Source: Clostridia bacterium
GTDB taxonomy: Bacteria; Bacillota; Clostridia; Oscillospirales; Acutalibacteraceae
Reading direction: 5' to 3'
Length of the DNA stretch: 53,968 nt
Assembly: GCA_017439765.1 (NCBI GenBank)
Contig: JAFSIN010000056.1
Coordinates: 1 to 53,968 of the forward strand
The notes beneath the pieces are model-generated. The model was not told where the DNA came from and searched no databases. It was given only the letters and a program-made list of their open reading frames with translations. Shown here one piece after another: positions 44,257 to 53,590 of this stretch (position 1 is its first letter; the number at the start of each line of letters is the position of its first letter). The position numbers and the translations under genes were made by a program.

Positions 44257-45453
44257 TTAGAACTTCTCGTTGAGGAGTTTAATTCCATCAATACGAAGGT
44301 CAAAATAAGGAGCAGAACGGAACTTGGATTCTTCGAAGATTCCGTTAATAACTACTGCTGTATCAGGAGTATAATTATCATCGGTATCTACGTCTGCTTT
44401 GTGGTCTGCAGCTAGTGCAGCACCGTTAACAGTAAAGTTTTTGGTATCGAAAACCTTAACAGTACCGGCTTTAATGCCATCGGTAACGGTTTTTAAGGTT
44501 TCAGCAGTGTTAGCTGCGGCAGCTTTAGTGTTAACATCGGTAAGAACTACAGAGCCTTCTGCAATACCACCGGTCCAGTCAGCAGCAATTTTGCCACCTT
44601 CTTTAACGGTTTCAATCATGTATTTGTAGTAAGGAGCCCAGTTAATTCTAGAAGATACAATAAATGTATTTGGACAAGCCTCTACAGTGCTTCCGTTGTA
44701 AGAAACGTTAGGAATACCAGCGTTTTCGCAAGCAGAAGGAGCACCCATAGAGTCAGCGTGTTGGCTTATAAGTTTACAACCTGCAGCAATTAAAGCTTCG
44801 GCTGCGTTCTTTTCTTCTGGAGCATCGTACCAAGAACCTGTAAATTGAACGTCCATAGTTACGGTTGGGCAAACAGATTTTGCGCCAAGATAGAAAGAGG
44901 TGTAACCCGAAATAACTTCAGCATAGGTAAATGCACCAACATAGCCCATTTTAGCTTCGTTGGCACTGAATTTGCCAGCAGCAATCATTTCGTTAAGTTT
45001 TAAACCGGCAGCAACACCTGCTAAATAACGGCCTTCGTAAATAGAAGCAAAAGCGTTATGATAGTTAGCAAGGCCTTCGGTGTGAGCACGGGTACCGGTA
45101 GCATGGCAGAATTCTACCTCAGGGAATTCTTTAGCAGCCTTAATCATGAATGACTCGTGGCCGAAAGAGTTAGCGAAAATAACGTCGCAACCTTGGTCAA
45201 CAAGGTCAGCTGCAGCTTGGTAGCATTCGTCGCCTTCAGGAATATTGGTTTTAACAATTACTTGGTCATCTTTAAGACCGAGTTGGGCTTTAACTTCGGT
45301 AACACCATTAAGGAAGTTAAGGTCGTAGGTCGATTTTTCATCGTGTAAGCAAATAAAGCCTACTTTGATGTCATCGCCATTAGATGCGCCGCCACAAGCT
45401 GCTAATGAAAAGAGCATTACAACGGCAAGTAAAAGTGCGAGAATCTTTTTCAT
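44257..45453 (-). CDS. BMP-family (PnrA/TmpC-like) ABC transporter substrate-binding lipoprotein
   Basis: About 398 aa from ATG 45453 (GGAGGA SD). Lipobox LAAC. Bmp-family sequence. Codon usage suggests high expression. Confidence 0.88.
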   Translation of the reverse strand: MKKILALLLAVVMLFSLAACGGASNGDDIKVGFICLHDEKSTYDLNFLNGVTEVKAQLGLKDDQVIVKTNIPEGDECYQAAADLVDQGCDVIFANSFGHESFMIKAAKEFPEVEFCHATGTRAHTEGLANYHNAFASIYEGRYLAGVAAGLKLNEMIAAGKFSANEAKMGYVGAFTYAEVISGYTSFYLGAKSVCPTVTMDVQFTGSWYDAPEEKNAAEALIAAGCKLISQHADSMGAPSACENAGIPNVSYNGSTVEACPNTFIVSSRINWAPYYKYMIETVKEGGKIAADWTGGIAEGSVVLTDVNTKAAAANTAETLKTVTDGIKAGTVKVFDTKNFTVNGAALAADHKADVDTDDNYTPDTAVVINGIFEESKFRSAPYFDLRIDGIKLLNEKF

Positions 45454-45511
45454 TTTGTTTTCCTCCAAAATTAAATATTTATTAAAAAAGCCAACCGCTT
45501 TTTTAAACAAA

Positions 45512-46084
45512 TTAAATAAAAGAAATACCGTCTTCTACCGACATTGATTTAATTATAGCTAAAGATTCAACCCTAAGCCCATTTTTGCGAAGAAGTTCGC
45601 CGCCTGGCTGAAACCCTTTTTCAATAACAATGCCTGCACCAACAACTGTTGCGCCGGCCATTTCTACAAGGGTTTTAAGGCCTAACAGTGCTTTTCCGTT
45701 AGCTAAAAAATCATCAATAAGTAAAACCCTATCGTCAGGATTTATAAATTCTTTAGAAATTATAACCTTATTGGTGGTGTTGTGAGTGTAAGATTCAACT
45801 TCGCAACAATAAAAATCATTAGAAATATTAGAAGTTTTAGATTTTTTTGCAAAAACCATTGGCACATTAAATTGCTGTGCAGCCAAACAAGCAATACCGA
45901 TTCCAGAGGCTTCAATGGTAATAATTTTTGTAACATTACTTTCTTTATAAAGTCTATAAAATTCCTTGCACAACTCGGAAATAAACGCAACATCCATTTG
46001 GTGATTAATAAAACTATCAACCTTTAAAACATTGCCGGACAGAATTTTACCGTCTTTTAAAATGCGGTCCTCTAATAGTTGCAA
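45512..46084 (-). CDS. xpt: Xanthine phosphoribosyltransferase
   Basis: 190 aa, TTG start. LEDRILKDGKIL.GN.LKVDSFINHQ and the PRPP motif VLLIDDFLANG. Confidence 0.93.
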   Translation of the reverse strand: MQLLEDRILKDGKILSGNVLKVDSFINHQMDVAFISELCKEFYRLYKESNVTKIITIEASGIGIACLAAQQFNVPMVFAKKSKTSNISNDFYCCEVESYTHNTTNKVIISKEFINPDDRVLLIDDFLANGKALLGLKTLVEMAGATVVGAGIVIEKGFQPGGELLRKNGLRVESLAIIKSMSVEDGISFI

Positions 46085-46131
46085 TATAAGACACCCTTTA
46101 TGTATTAATAAATTGTTAATATTATGTTAAA

Positions 46132-46160
46132 ATTATAACTTTTTTGATGAAGTTTGTCAA
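46132..46160 (-). promoter_or_regulatory. Sigma-A type promoter of xpt
   Basis: Minus strand reads TTGACA (46160-46155), 17-nt spacer, TATAAT (46137-46132). The leader is only about 45 nt. Confidence 0.6.
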
Positions 46161-46257
46161 CAGTTTTAACAAGGTTTTGGTTTAAATATAAAAATATTAA
46201 ATGTTGATTTTTTAAAACTTTTGAGTTAAAATTATAAAAAAATTAAAGGTAAATTTT

Positions 46258-46569
46258 ATGAAAAAAATTTTAATAAAAATTAAGAATTTTTTTAAATGGA
46301 TTTGGCAACAGGTAAAAGATTGGCACAACCTTGCAATATTATTTTTTGTTGCCGCTTCCCTATTTTTATTGTGCGTATTTTTATTAGGAATGGTTTTGTT
46401 TTTTACAGACGGAAAATTCCATTTTATAACGGCATTTAGCCTTGTGTTTGCCTTTTGGGCAGGTCCTTTTACACCTTTTTGGCCACTGTGCATTGCCATT
46501 ACACTTTTTATCAGAAAAATAATTGACAGTATTATAAAACCTAAAAAAAACGCAAAAAAAGACCGTTAA
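46258..46569 (+). CDS. Hypothetical small membrane protein
   Basis: 103 aa, 2-3 hydrophobic spans, basic termini. AAAGGT SD, possible TTGATT-17-TAAAAT promoter, own terminator. The opposite-strand ORF 46212-46499 looks like an artefact. Confidence 0.55.
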   Translation: MKKILIKIKNFFKWIWQQVKDWHNLAILFFVAASLFLLCVFLLGMVLFFTDGKFHFITAFSLVFAFWAGPFTPFWPLCIAITLFIRKIIDSIIKPKKNAKKDR

Positions 46570-46583
46570 AACGGTCTTTTTTA
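46553..46583. terminator. Bidirectional terminator
   Basis: A-run, GACCGT (46561-46566) / ACGGTC (46571-46576), then T6. Confidence 0.8.
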
Positions 46584-47111
46584 TTTATAGCAGGCTCTTT
46601 CCCCACCAATATATTTTGGCCTTGTGTATGCTGCGAGAACAGTGGCGTTTCCTAATTTGTTGTTGTTAAGGCGCAGTGGTACTGCAACATTTTTAAGGTG
46701 CATTCCAATAAGTGTAAAGCCAATATCTAAACCGGCATCGGCCTTAATATATTCTACTGCTACGGGGTCTTTAAAGCCATTATATGCTGCAGTGGCAAAC
46801 GAGCCGCCCGCCTTTATTTGCGGCACAACATTAACAATTTCGCAAAACAAAGGCGCTGCTTCTTTTTCAATAATTATCGCCCTGTTTAAATGTTCGCAAC
46901 ATTGTGCAGCCAAAAAAACACCACGTTTTTTTAGTTCTTTGTTGATTCCATTAAAAATTTGAACTCCAATTTCTTCACTTGAGTTTTTTCCAATTATGCC
47001 GCCGCAAACTTCGCTGCTGGAACAACCAACAACTAAAATGTTTCCCTCTTTAAGATTAGCTGTTTCGCAAATTTCTTTGGCAATTTTTTCCGCTTGTAAT
47101 TCAATATCCAT
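46581..47111 (-). CDS. UPF0340 / TIGR01440-family protein (YwlG-like)
   Basis: 176 aa. ..LVVGCSSSEV.GG.IG..SS.E.., AAQCCEHLNRA and DAGLDIG.TLIGMHLK motifs as in B. subtilis YwlG. Confidence 0.85.
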   Translation of the reverse strand: MDIELQAEKIAKEICETANLKEGNILVVGCSSSEVCGGIIGKNSSEEIGVQIFNGINKELKKRGVFLAAQCCEHLNRAIIIEKEAAPLFCEIVNVVPQIKAGGSFATAAYNGFKDPVAVEYIKADAGLDIGFTLIGMHLKNVAVPLRLNNNKLGNATVLAAYTRPKYIGGERACYK

Positions 47112-47126
47112 AAAATAACTCCAAAT

Positions 47127-48155
47127 TTATAAAATATTAGCCATATCAAAAATAAGTTTTTCGGTCTTTTCCCAACCTAAACAAGGGTCGGTAATAGATT
47201 GACCATAGGTATTTTCTCCAACCTTTTGGCAACCGTCTTCCAAATAACTTTCTATCATAAAACCTTTTACTAAATTTTTAATGTCATTATTATGCCTGCA
47301 GCTATGTAAAACTTCTTTACAAATTCTAACCTGCTCTAAATATTGTTTACCGGAATTTGAATGGTTAGTATCAATAATTACGCCCGGATTTTTATATTGA
47401 TTTTTATTATAAATTTCTGTAAGCCTTATTAAATCTTCGTAATGATAATTGGGATAGGATTGGCCATATTCATTAACATAACCGCGTAAAATAGCATGGG
47501 CATAGTCGTTACCTTTTGAATGCACTTCCCAACCTCTGTAAATAAATGTATGTGAACTTTGAGCGGCGTGTACGGCGTTCATCATAACCGATAAATCGCC
47601 ACTGGTTGGGTTTTTCATACCAACCGGTATACCTAATCCGCTGGCGGTTAAGCGGTGTAGTTGGTCTTCAACCGAACGTGCACCCACAGCAACATAAGCC
47701 AATAAATCGGATAAATACCTGTGGTTTTCGGGGTAAAGCATTTCGTCGGCACAAGTAAAACCTGTTTCAGTAATTGCTTTAATATGTAGTTTTCTAATTG
47801 CAATTAACCCATTAAGCATATCGGGCGCGGCTTCGGGATTTGGTTGATGTAACATACCTTTATAGCCTTCGCCGGTTGTGCGGGGTTTATTGGTATAAAT
47901 GCGTGGAATAATAAAAATTTTATCTTTAACCTTTTCTTGAACTTCACGCAATCTTGTAATATATTCTAAAACAGAATCTTCCCTATCGGCAGAACAAGGG
48001 CCAATAATAAGTAATAATTTATTGATTTTGCCCGCAAAAATATCTTTAATTTCTTTTTCGTGTTCGGCAACGATATTGGAATATTCTTTATTTAAAGCAT
48101 ATTTATTTTTAATTTGAGCAGGAACCGGAAGTTTTCGGGTGAATTCCATTTCCAT
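47127..48155 (-). CDS. aroF: 3-deoxy-7-phosphoheptulonate (DAHP) synthase, class I
   Basis: About 342 aa from ATG 48155 (AGGAG SD). IIGPCS, KPRT and GxxxVMLCERG-region equivalents. Confidence 0.88.
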   Translation of the reverse strand: MEMEFTRKLPVPAQIKNKYALNKEYSNIVAEHEKEIKDIFAGKINKLLLIIGPCSADREDSVLEYITRLREVQEKVKDKIFIIPRIYTNKPRTTGEGYKGMLHQPNPEAAPDMLNGLIAIRKLHIKAITETGFTCADEMLYPENHRYLSDLLAYVAVGARSVEDQLHRLTASGLGIPVGMKNPTSGDLSVMMNAVHAAQSSHTFIYRGWEVHSKGNDYAHAILRGYVNEYGQSYPNYHYEDLIRLTEIYNKNQYKNPGVIIDTNHSNSGKQYLEQVRICKEVLHSCRHNNDIKNLVKGFMIESYLEDGCQKVGENTYGQSITDPCLGWEKTEKLIFDMANIL

Positions 48156-48167
48156 AAAAATCAACTC

Positions 48168-49028
48168 CTAAATATTTTTATCAAACAGTTTTCTTCGTTT
48201 TGTAGAAAGCCGCATCATATCTTTTATTCCGTTTGAATTATCGGTCTTAATATAATTTTTCAACTTATCAAAATCAGATATAAATAAATCCATCATACTT
48301 AATAATTGTTCTTTATTAAGCAAAAATAATTCTGACCACATATTTTCATTTATATTGGCAATTCTTGTTAAATCTCTAAATGAATCTCCGGTGTAATCTT
48401 CAAGGTTTTCCGCTTGATTGCAGGTCATTAAGCAAATGGCAATACAGTGGGTTAATTGTGATAAAAATGCAATCATTTGGTCGTGTTTTTCAGGTGTTAA
48501 TTCAGAAATTTTTGAAAAATTTAAAATTTCGCCAATGTCTTTACAAATATTTATTGCATTTTGGGTGTTATCTGCTGTTGGTACTACAATATAGTTAGCG
48601 TTAATAAAAATATTTTCATCACTGTTTTCTACACCATATACCTCTCGCCCTGCCATTGGGTGAGCAGCAATAAATTCAACATTATTTTTCAACATAGAAT
48701 TTATTTTATAAATTACCGCACCTTTAATACCCGTAACATCGGTGATAATAGTGCCTTCTTTAATTAAACTGCCATAATTTTTTATCCAGTTAACAAACAC
48801 CTGTGGGTAAAGTGCAAAAATTATTATATCGGCTTCTTTAATTAAATCTTCATCAACAAAATCGGCGCCTTTGTCAATTACATTGTTTTTTAATGCATAG
48901 TTAATAGAATCAGCATTATCGGAAATTGCCGAAACATAATAACCCGCTTTTTTAAGGCCTTTAGCATAACTGCCGCCCATTAAACCTAAACCAATTATTA
49001 AAAATTTTGTATTACTTTTAATTGTCAT
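48168..49028 (-). CDS. tyrA: Prephenate dehydrogenase
   Basis: 286 aa. GLGLMGGS dinucleotide fold, HPMAG motif. Confidence 0.9.
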   Translation of the reverse strand: MTIKSNTKFLIIGLGLMGGSYAKGLKKAGYYVSAISDNADSINYALKNNVIDKGADFVDEDLIKEADIIIFALYPQVFVNWIKNYGSLIKEGTIITDVTGIKGAVIYKINSMLKNNVEFIAAHPMAGREVYGVENSDENIFINANYIVVPTADNTQNAINICKDIGEILNFSKISELTPEKHDQMIAFLSQLTHCIAICLMTCNQAENLEDYTGDSFRDLTRIANINENMWSELFLLNKEQLLSMMDLFISDFDKLKNYIKTDNSNGIKDMMRLSTKRRKLFDKNI

Positions 49029-49046
49029 TTAAAACTACTCCAACCC

Positions 49047-50234
49047 CTAATTTTTTAATAAATTAAAAAATTGTGGGAAACTTTTATTAACTGCCTCGGC
49101 TCCAATAATGGTGCCGCCAAACATAGTACACAGCACACTTAACGACATAACAATACGGTGGTCGTTATGGCTGTTTAAAATTTCGTTTGGTTTATGCAAT
49201 TTTGTGTTTAAAACAGTAACTTTATTTTCTTCTATAATAAGTTTAGCACCAAACTTTTCAAGCTCTTTGGCCATACATTCGGCACGGTTGCTTTCTTTAA
49301 TTTTTAGCCTTGCCGTATTAGAAAATACTGCTCCGCCTTTAAAAGCGGCTACTGTGAATAAAACAGGTGCTAAATCGGGACAATTTGATAAATCTAATTC
49401 TTCATTATAACCGTTAACAATTTTATTAAAATAATCGTAAAAAATTTTATCTCCTTGTAGACTATTCTCGTTTAAGCCTTCAATTAAAACATCGCCACCA
49501 AAGACATTTAACGCCTCAAAAAAGGCAGCGTTTGAATAATCTCCCTCTACGAAAACATTGCAGGGTGAATATTTTTGCCCACCTTCAACAAATATTTCAT
49601 TATCAGATAGCCATTGGGCATTTACGCCAAATTTTTTTAAAGCGCTTATTGTTAAATTAATGTATGAACGGCTTTCGATATTTTTCGTTATAATTATTTT
49701 TGATGAGTTTTTAAGCAATGGTAAAGCGAACAAGAGGCCACTAATAAATTGGCTGCTAACATTACCCGGAACGAAATATTCGCGGCTTTTTAAAATTCCG
49801 TTTAAAACAATTTTATTTTTATGTAATGAACAGTCAATATTATCTTGTTTAAAAATCTCTTCATAAACAGTAAGAGGCCTTGAAAACAGATATTCAGAAC
49901 CAGACAGCGTAACTTCTGTTCCTGTTAAAAGGGCTAATGGAATAAAAAACCTCAAGGTGCTGCCACTTTCGCGGCAATTAGCAGTAACTTTACAATTAAC
50001 AGAATTAAAATTAATTCCGTTAATTTCAATATAATCATCATTAATTTTATAAGTAGCACCAAAGGCTGAAATGCAATCTAATGTGGCTAAAATATCTTGA
50101 GAAAGTTCTATATTATATATTTTGCTAAAGCCATTGCAAAGTGCCGCACAAATTAAAAGCCTGTGAGCCATGCTTTTAGAAGGCGGCGCAGTAATTTTAC
50201 CACTTGCCTTTGAAATATTTATTATAGCGTTCAC
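49047..50234 (-). CDS. aroA: 3-phosphoshikimate 1-carboxyvinyltransferase (EPSP synthase)
   Basis: 395 aa. PPSKSMAHR N-terminal motif, ...NDHRIVMSL... C-terminal motif. Confidence 0.92.
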   Translation of the reverse strand: MNAIINISKASGKITAPPSKSMAHRLLICAALCNGFSKIYNIELSQDILATLDCISAFGATYKINDDYIEINGINFNSVNCKVTANCRESGSTLRFFIPLALLTGTEVTLSGSEYLFSRPLTVYEEIFKQDNIDCSLHKNKIVLNGILKSREYFVPGNVSSQFISGLLFALPLLKNSSKIIITKNIESRSYINLTISALKKFGVNAQWLSDNEIFVEGGQKYSPCNVFVEGDYSNAAFFEALNVFGGDVLIEGLNENSLQGDKIFYDYFNKIVNGYNEELDLSNCPDLAPVLFTVAAFKGGAVFSNTARLKIKESNRAECMAKELEKFGAKLIIEENKVTVLNTKLHKPNEILNSHNDHRIVMSLSVLCTMFGGTIIGAEAVNKSFPQFFNLLKN

Positions 50235-50244
50235 TATAATTCTC

Positions 50245-51477
50245 CTAACAAAAATAATTTATAATTTTTTGGGCCGTTTCTTCAATATCAGTAACCGGCA
50301 CAATAACATCACATGTGTTATTATAAATATTAATTCTCTCGTTATAGCATTTAATAATTCCCTGTTTTGTGTTAGCAAGAGGACGGTCGGCGGTTGGAAT
50401 AAGTTCATCTAAACTGCGATTTAAAAAGAACACCTTTCCATTTTGTTTTAAATTAATAATGTTTTCATTATTAAGTACAGCTCCGCCACCTGTAGAAATA
50501 ATAACACCGCTTAGTTTTGAAGTTTCATAAATAACATTGGATTCAATGTTTCTGAATTTTTCTTCGCCAAAAGTTTTAAAAATTTCGGTAATAGATTTAT
50601 TTAACTTTTTTTCAATTAGGGTGTCAGTATCGTAAAATTTTCGGCCGGTAATTTTTGCTATTTGTTTGCCTATTGTTGATTTTCCACTGCCCGGCATACC
50701 GGTTAAAACTATATTCATTTTATTATTAAATATATCGTTATAAATTGAATTTGTTAATTCCGGCTTATAGGTGGTATCTAAAAAAAGTTCACCTGCTCTA
50801 ACAGCTTGTGCCACCAACATATACAGCCCGCCAAAAGCTTTTAAACCTAAAGCTTCGGCTTCTTTAATTAAACGAGTTTTTAAAGGATTATAAATTAAAT
50901 CGAACACACATTCTAAGTTTTTAAAATTATGCAGGTTAATTGGTGTGTTATTATTTTCTGGGAACATACCAACGGGGGTTGCGTTGAAAATTATTTGTGT
51001 GTTTGGATATAAAATGTGGGCATTGTCATAATTAACTTGGTTTCTGTCAGGCGTTCTGCTAACCTTTATAATTTCTTTTGCATTAAGATTTTTTAATACC
51101 GTGAAAATTGTATTAGAAGAACCACCTGTGCCAAGAATAAGTACATTTTTGTCTTTAATATTTACGCCTGATTTATTTATTAAATCAATAATTCCGTTAT
51201 AATCAGTGTTATATCCAAACAACTTATTATTTTTATTTACAATGGTGTTAACAGCGCCAATTTCTTTAGCATTGGCATCAATATAATCTAAATACGGCAT
51301 TACTTGTTGTTTATACGGAATAGTAACATTAATGCCTTTAAAATTGCGCGATTTAATAAATTTTTCTAAATCATCTTTATTAATTTCTTTAAGGGTGTAA
51401 TCATAATTGCCAATTTTGGCGTGTACTTGAGTTGAAAAACTATGACCTAATTTTTCACCAATTAAGCCGTATTCCAT
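50245..51477 (-). CDS. Bifunctional shikimate dehydrogenase / shikimate kinase (AroE-AroK fusion)
   Basis: 410 aa. N-terminal YGLIGEKLGHSFS..., NVTIPYK and GTGGSS (AroE). C-terminal NIVLTGMPGSGKSTIGK...DTD... (AroK Walker A). Confidence 0.88.
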   Translation of the reverse strand: MEYGLIGEKLGHSFSTQVHAKIGNYDYTLKEINKDDLEKFIKSRNFKGINVTIPYKQQVMPYLDYIDANAKEIGAVNTIVNKNNKLFGYNTDYNGIIDLINKSGVNIKDKNVLILGTGGSSNTIFTVLKNLNAKEIIKVSRTPDRNQVNYDNAHILYPNTQIIFNATPVGMFPENNNTPINLHNFKNLECVFDLIYNPLKTRLIKEAEALGLKAFGGLYMLVAQAVRAGELFLDTTYKPELTNSIYNDIFNNKMNIVLTGMPGSGKSTIGKQIAKITGRKFYDTDTLIEKKLNKSITEIFKTFGEEKFRNIESNVIYETSKLSGVIISTGGGAVLNNENIINLKQNGKVFFLNRSLDELIPTADRPLANTKQGIIKCYNERINIYNNTCDVIVPVTDIEETAQKIINYFC

Positions 51478-51489
51478 AAACTTACCCCC

Positions 51490-52482
51490 TTAAATTAAAT
51501 TTTGTATTTCGTTATTAGGAATCTCCTCAATAGAATATTGGCCAACGTTATAAACTTTTATGACCGAAACAGTTTTGTTGCCCGATTTTTTATCGTGCAA
51601 CAAAGCAGCTTTTGCCTTTTCGGCATCAAAATTCACAGTTAAAGGCAGACCAACCTTATTTAAAACATTAATTAATCTGCTTTTAACCGAATCTGAGCAC
51701 ATTTTCAGCATTCCCAATGCTACACATTCGCCGTGGTATAATTCGCCGAATTTTACACTTTCTATAGCATGGCCAACCGTGTGTCCGAAATTTAAAATTT
51801 TGCGCAGATTTTGCTCTTTTTCATCTTGTTCCACAACTCTTTTTTTAATATTTAAAGAGCGGATAATAATTTCATCTAAACATAAAAACGGGTCATTATT
51901 TTCAAAAATTTCAAACAAATCTTTATCTGACGTAAGTGCCATTTTAATTGACTCGGCCATACCGTTAGTAATTTGCCTTTTGGGTAATGTTTTTAAAACA
52001 TTAGGATCAATTAAAACAAATTTTGGCTGATAAAAAGCTCCAATAATATTTTTTATCCCCTCAAAATTAACGGCAACCTTGCCACCAATCGAAGAATCTA
52101 CCTGAGATAACAAGGTTGTGGGTATATTATAAAAATCTATACCCCTTTGGTAAACCGCTGCAGCAAAGCCGGCTAAATCACCAACAACACCACCGCCAAC
52201 GGCAACAACACAATCTTGCCTGGTAAAATTATTGTCAAGCATAGTTTTTAAAAGTTTTTCTAAACATTTAAAACTTTTGCTGTTTTCGCCTTGAGGTAAA
52301 CAAACAACAAAGCCTTCTTTGCTTAGTTTTAAAATTGTGTTTGAATATTGTGATGGCACACCGTCATCGGTAACAATTAATACCTTGCGGTTTAAATTTA
52401 AAAATTTATCTGCTTTATTTAATGTGTCGCGTTCAACATTAACACAATAACTTTGTGCACCTAAATTTACATTAATAACCAT
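51490..52482 (-). CDS. aroB: 3-dehydroquinate synthase
   Basis: 330 aa. GGGVVGDLAGFAAA, NFGHTVGHA. Confidence 0.93.
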   Translation of the reverse strand: MVINVNLGAQSYCVNVERDTLNKADKFLNLNRKVLIVTDDGVPSQYSNTILKLSKEGFVVCLPQGENSKSFKCLEKLLKTMLDNNFTRQDCVVAVGGGVVGDLAGFAAAVYQRGIDFYNIPTTLLSQVDSSIGGKVAVNFEGIKNIIGAFYQPKFVLIDPNVLKTLPKRQITNGMAESIKMALTSDKDLFEIFENNDPFLCLDEIIIRSLNIKKRVVEQDEKEQNLRKILNFGHTVGHAIESVKFGELYHGECVALGMLKMCSDSVKSRLINVLNKVGLPLTVNFDAEKAKAALLHDKKSGNKTVSVIKVYNVGQYSIEEIPNNEIQNLI

Positions 52483-52492
52483 AATATACCGC

Positions 52493-53590
52493 CTATTTTA
52501 AATCAATATGATTATAAAAAGTTCCAACAACCTTTAATTTATCGCACAATGGAGATAACTCTTTTAACATATCCTGTCCATTTTCTGTGTATAAATTGCC
52601 TTCAACTTCAACATAAAAATAATATTGCCATAGTAAATCTTTAAGTGAACGGCTGCGCAAAGTGCGCATATTAAAGCCATATTTACCAATTATGTTAATG
52701 GCTTTTGCCAAAGCGCCTGCATCGTTTCTAACAGCAAAAACTAAAACCGAATGGTTGTCGGGTTTATTTACGGTTTTAATGTGTTGAGACCTTGAAAGCA
52801 CAGCAAAACGTGTTGAGTTTTGGTGGCATTCGTTAATGTTACTGTCAAGCACATCTAAACCGTATATTTCGGCAGTTTCTTGGCTTGCAATGGCTGCAAC
52901 CGATTTATCGTTCATTTTGGCAACTAATTGTGCAGCTTTTGCTGTATTTTCACACAGCTGGGCATTTAAATTATGTTGCTTTATGTAAGTGTTGCATTGT
53001 TCTAAGGCTTGAATGTGGCTTATAACCTTTTTAATGTCGGAAATTTTTGAGTTTTTAACACCTAATAAATTTTGTGAAACCGATAATTCGTATATTCCGT
53101 TAATGTAAAGGTTTCCGTTAAAAATTAGATCCATAACGGTGCCAACTTCTCCGGCAGAACTGTTTTCAATCGGCAAAACTGCGCAATCACATTCGCCATT
53201 AACAACAGCTTCATAAGCTAAGTTAAAATTTTGAAAAGCAACCCTGGTGCTTTCAGGAAAAATTTTGCCCGATGCAATATGGGCGAATGCGCCCTCAACG
53301 CCACTGTAAGCAATTTTCATGCCGTTTAATAACGTGTGTTGATAAAGACGTGATATTTTCATGACATCGCGCATAAAATTAACATAATAGCCTTTAATTT
53401 CTTCATTATTAATGTAATTAGAATTATTAAGAATAATGGCTTCTTCCCTATTTTTATCTAAAATAGGAAGTCCTTTTTCTTTTTTGTAATTGGCAACGGC
53501 TTTTGAACAATTCATTCTTTGCTCAAAAAGTTCAGCCATTTCTTTATCAATTTTATTAATTTTTTCGCGCTCTATATCAAGGTTGTTCAT
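52493..53590 (-). CDS. pheA: Bifunctional chorismate mutase / prephenate dehydratase (P-protein)
   Basis: 365 aa. N-terminal CM_2 helix domain, PDT domain (..ENS.AG.V..T.DL..), TRF motif (NSTRFAVL), C-terminal ACT domain. Confidence 0.9.
   Translation of the reverse strand: MNNLDIEREKINKIDKEMAELFEQRMNCSKAVANYKKEKGLPILDKNREEAIILNNSNYINNEEIKGYYVNFMRDVMKISRLYQHTLLNGMKIAYSGVEGAFAHIASGKIFPESTRVAFQNFNLAYEAVVNGECDCAVLPIENSSAGEVGTVMDLIFNGNLYINGIYELSVSQNLLGVKNSKISDIKKVISHIQALEQCNTYIKQHNLNAQLCENTAKAAQLVAKMNDKSVAAIASQETAEIYGLDVLDSNINECHQNSTRFAVLSRSQHIKTVNKPDNHSVLVFAVRNDAGALAKAINIIGKYGFNMRTLRSRSLKDLLWQYYFYVEVEGNLYTENGQDMLKELSPLCDKLKVVGTFYNHIDLK

Noticed and set aside
46085-46170. Expected purine (guanine) riboswitch upstream of xpt.
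   Set aside because: The TTGACA-17-TATAAT promoter leaves only a ~45-nt AT-rich leader with no three-way junction or conserved purine-aptamer loops, so no riboswitch is present.
46212-46499. 95-aa minus-strand ORF overlapping the 103-aa plus-strand ORF 46258-46569.
   Set aside because: The plus-strand ORF has an SD, a plausible promoter, its own terminator and coherent TM segments. The minus-strand ORF has none of these and gives a K/N-rich low-complexity product.
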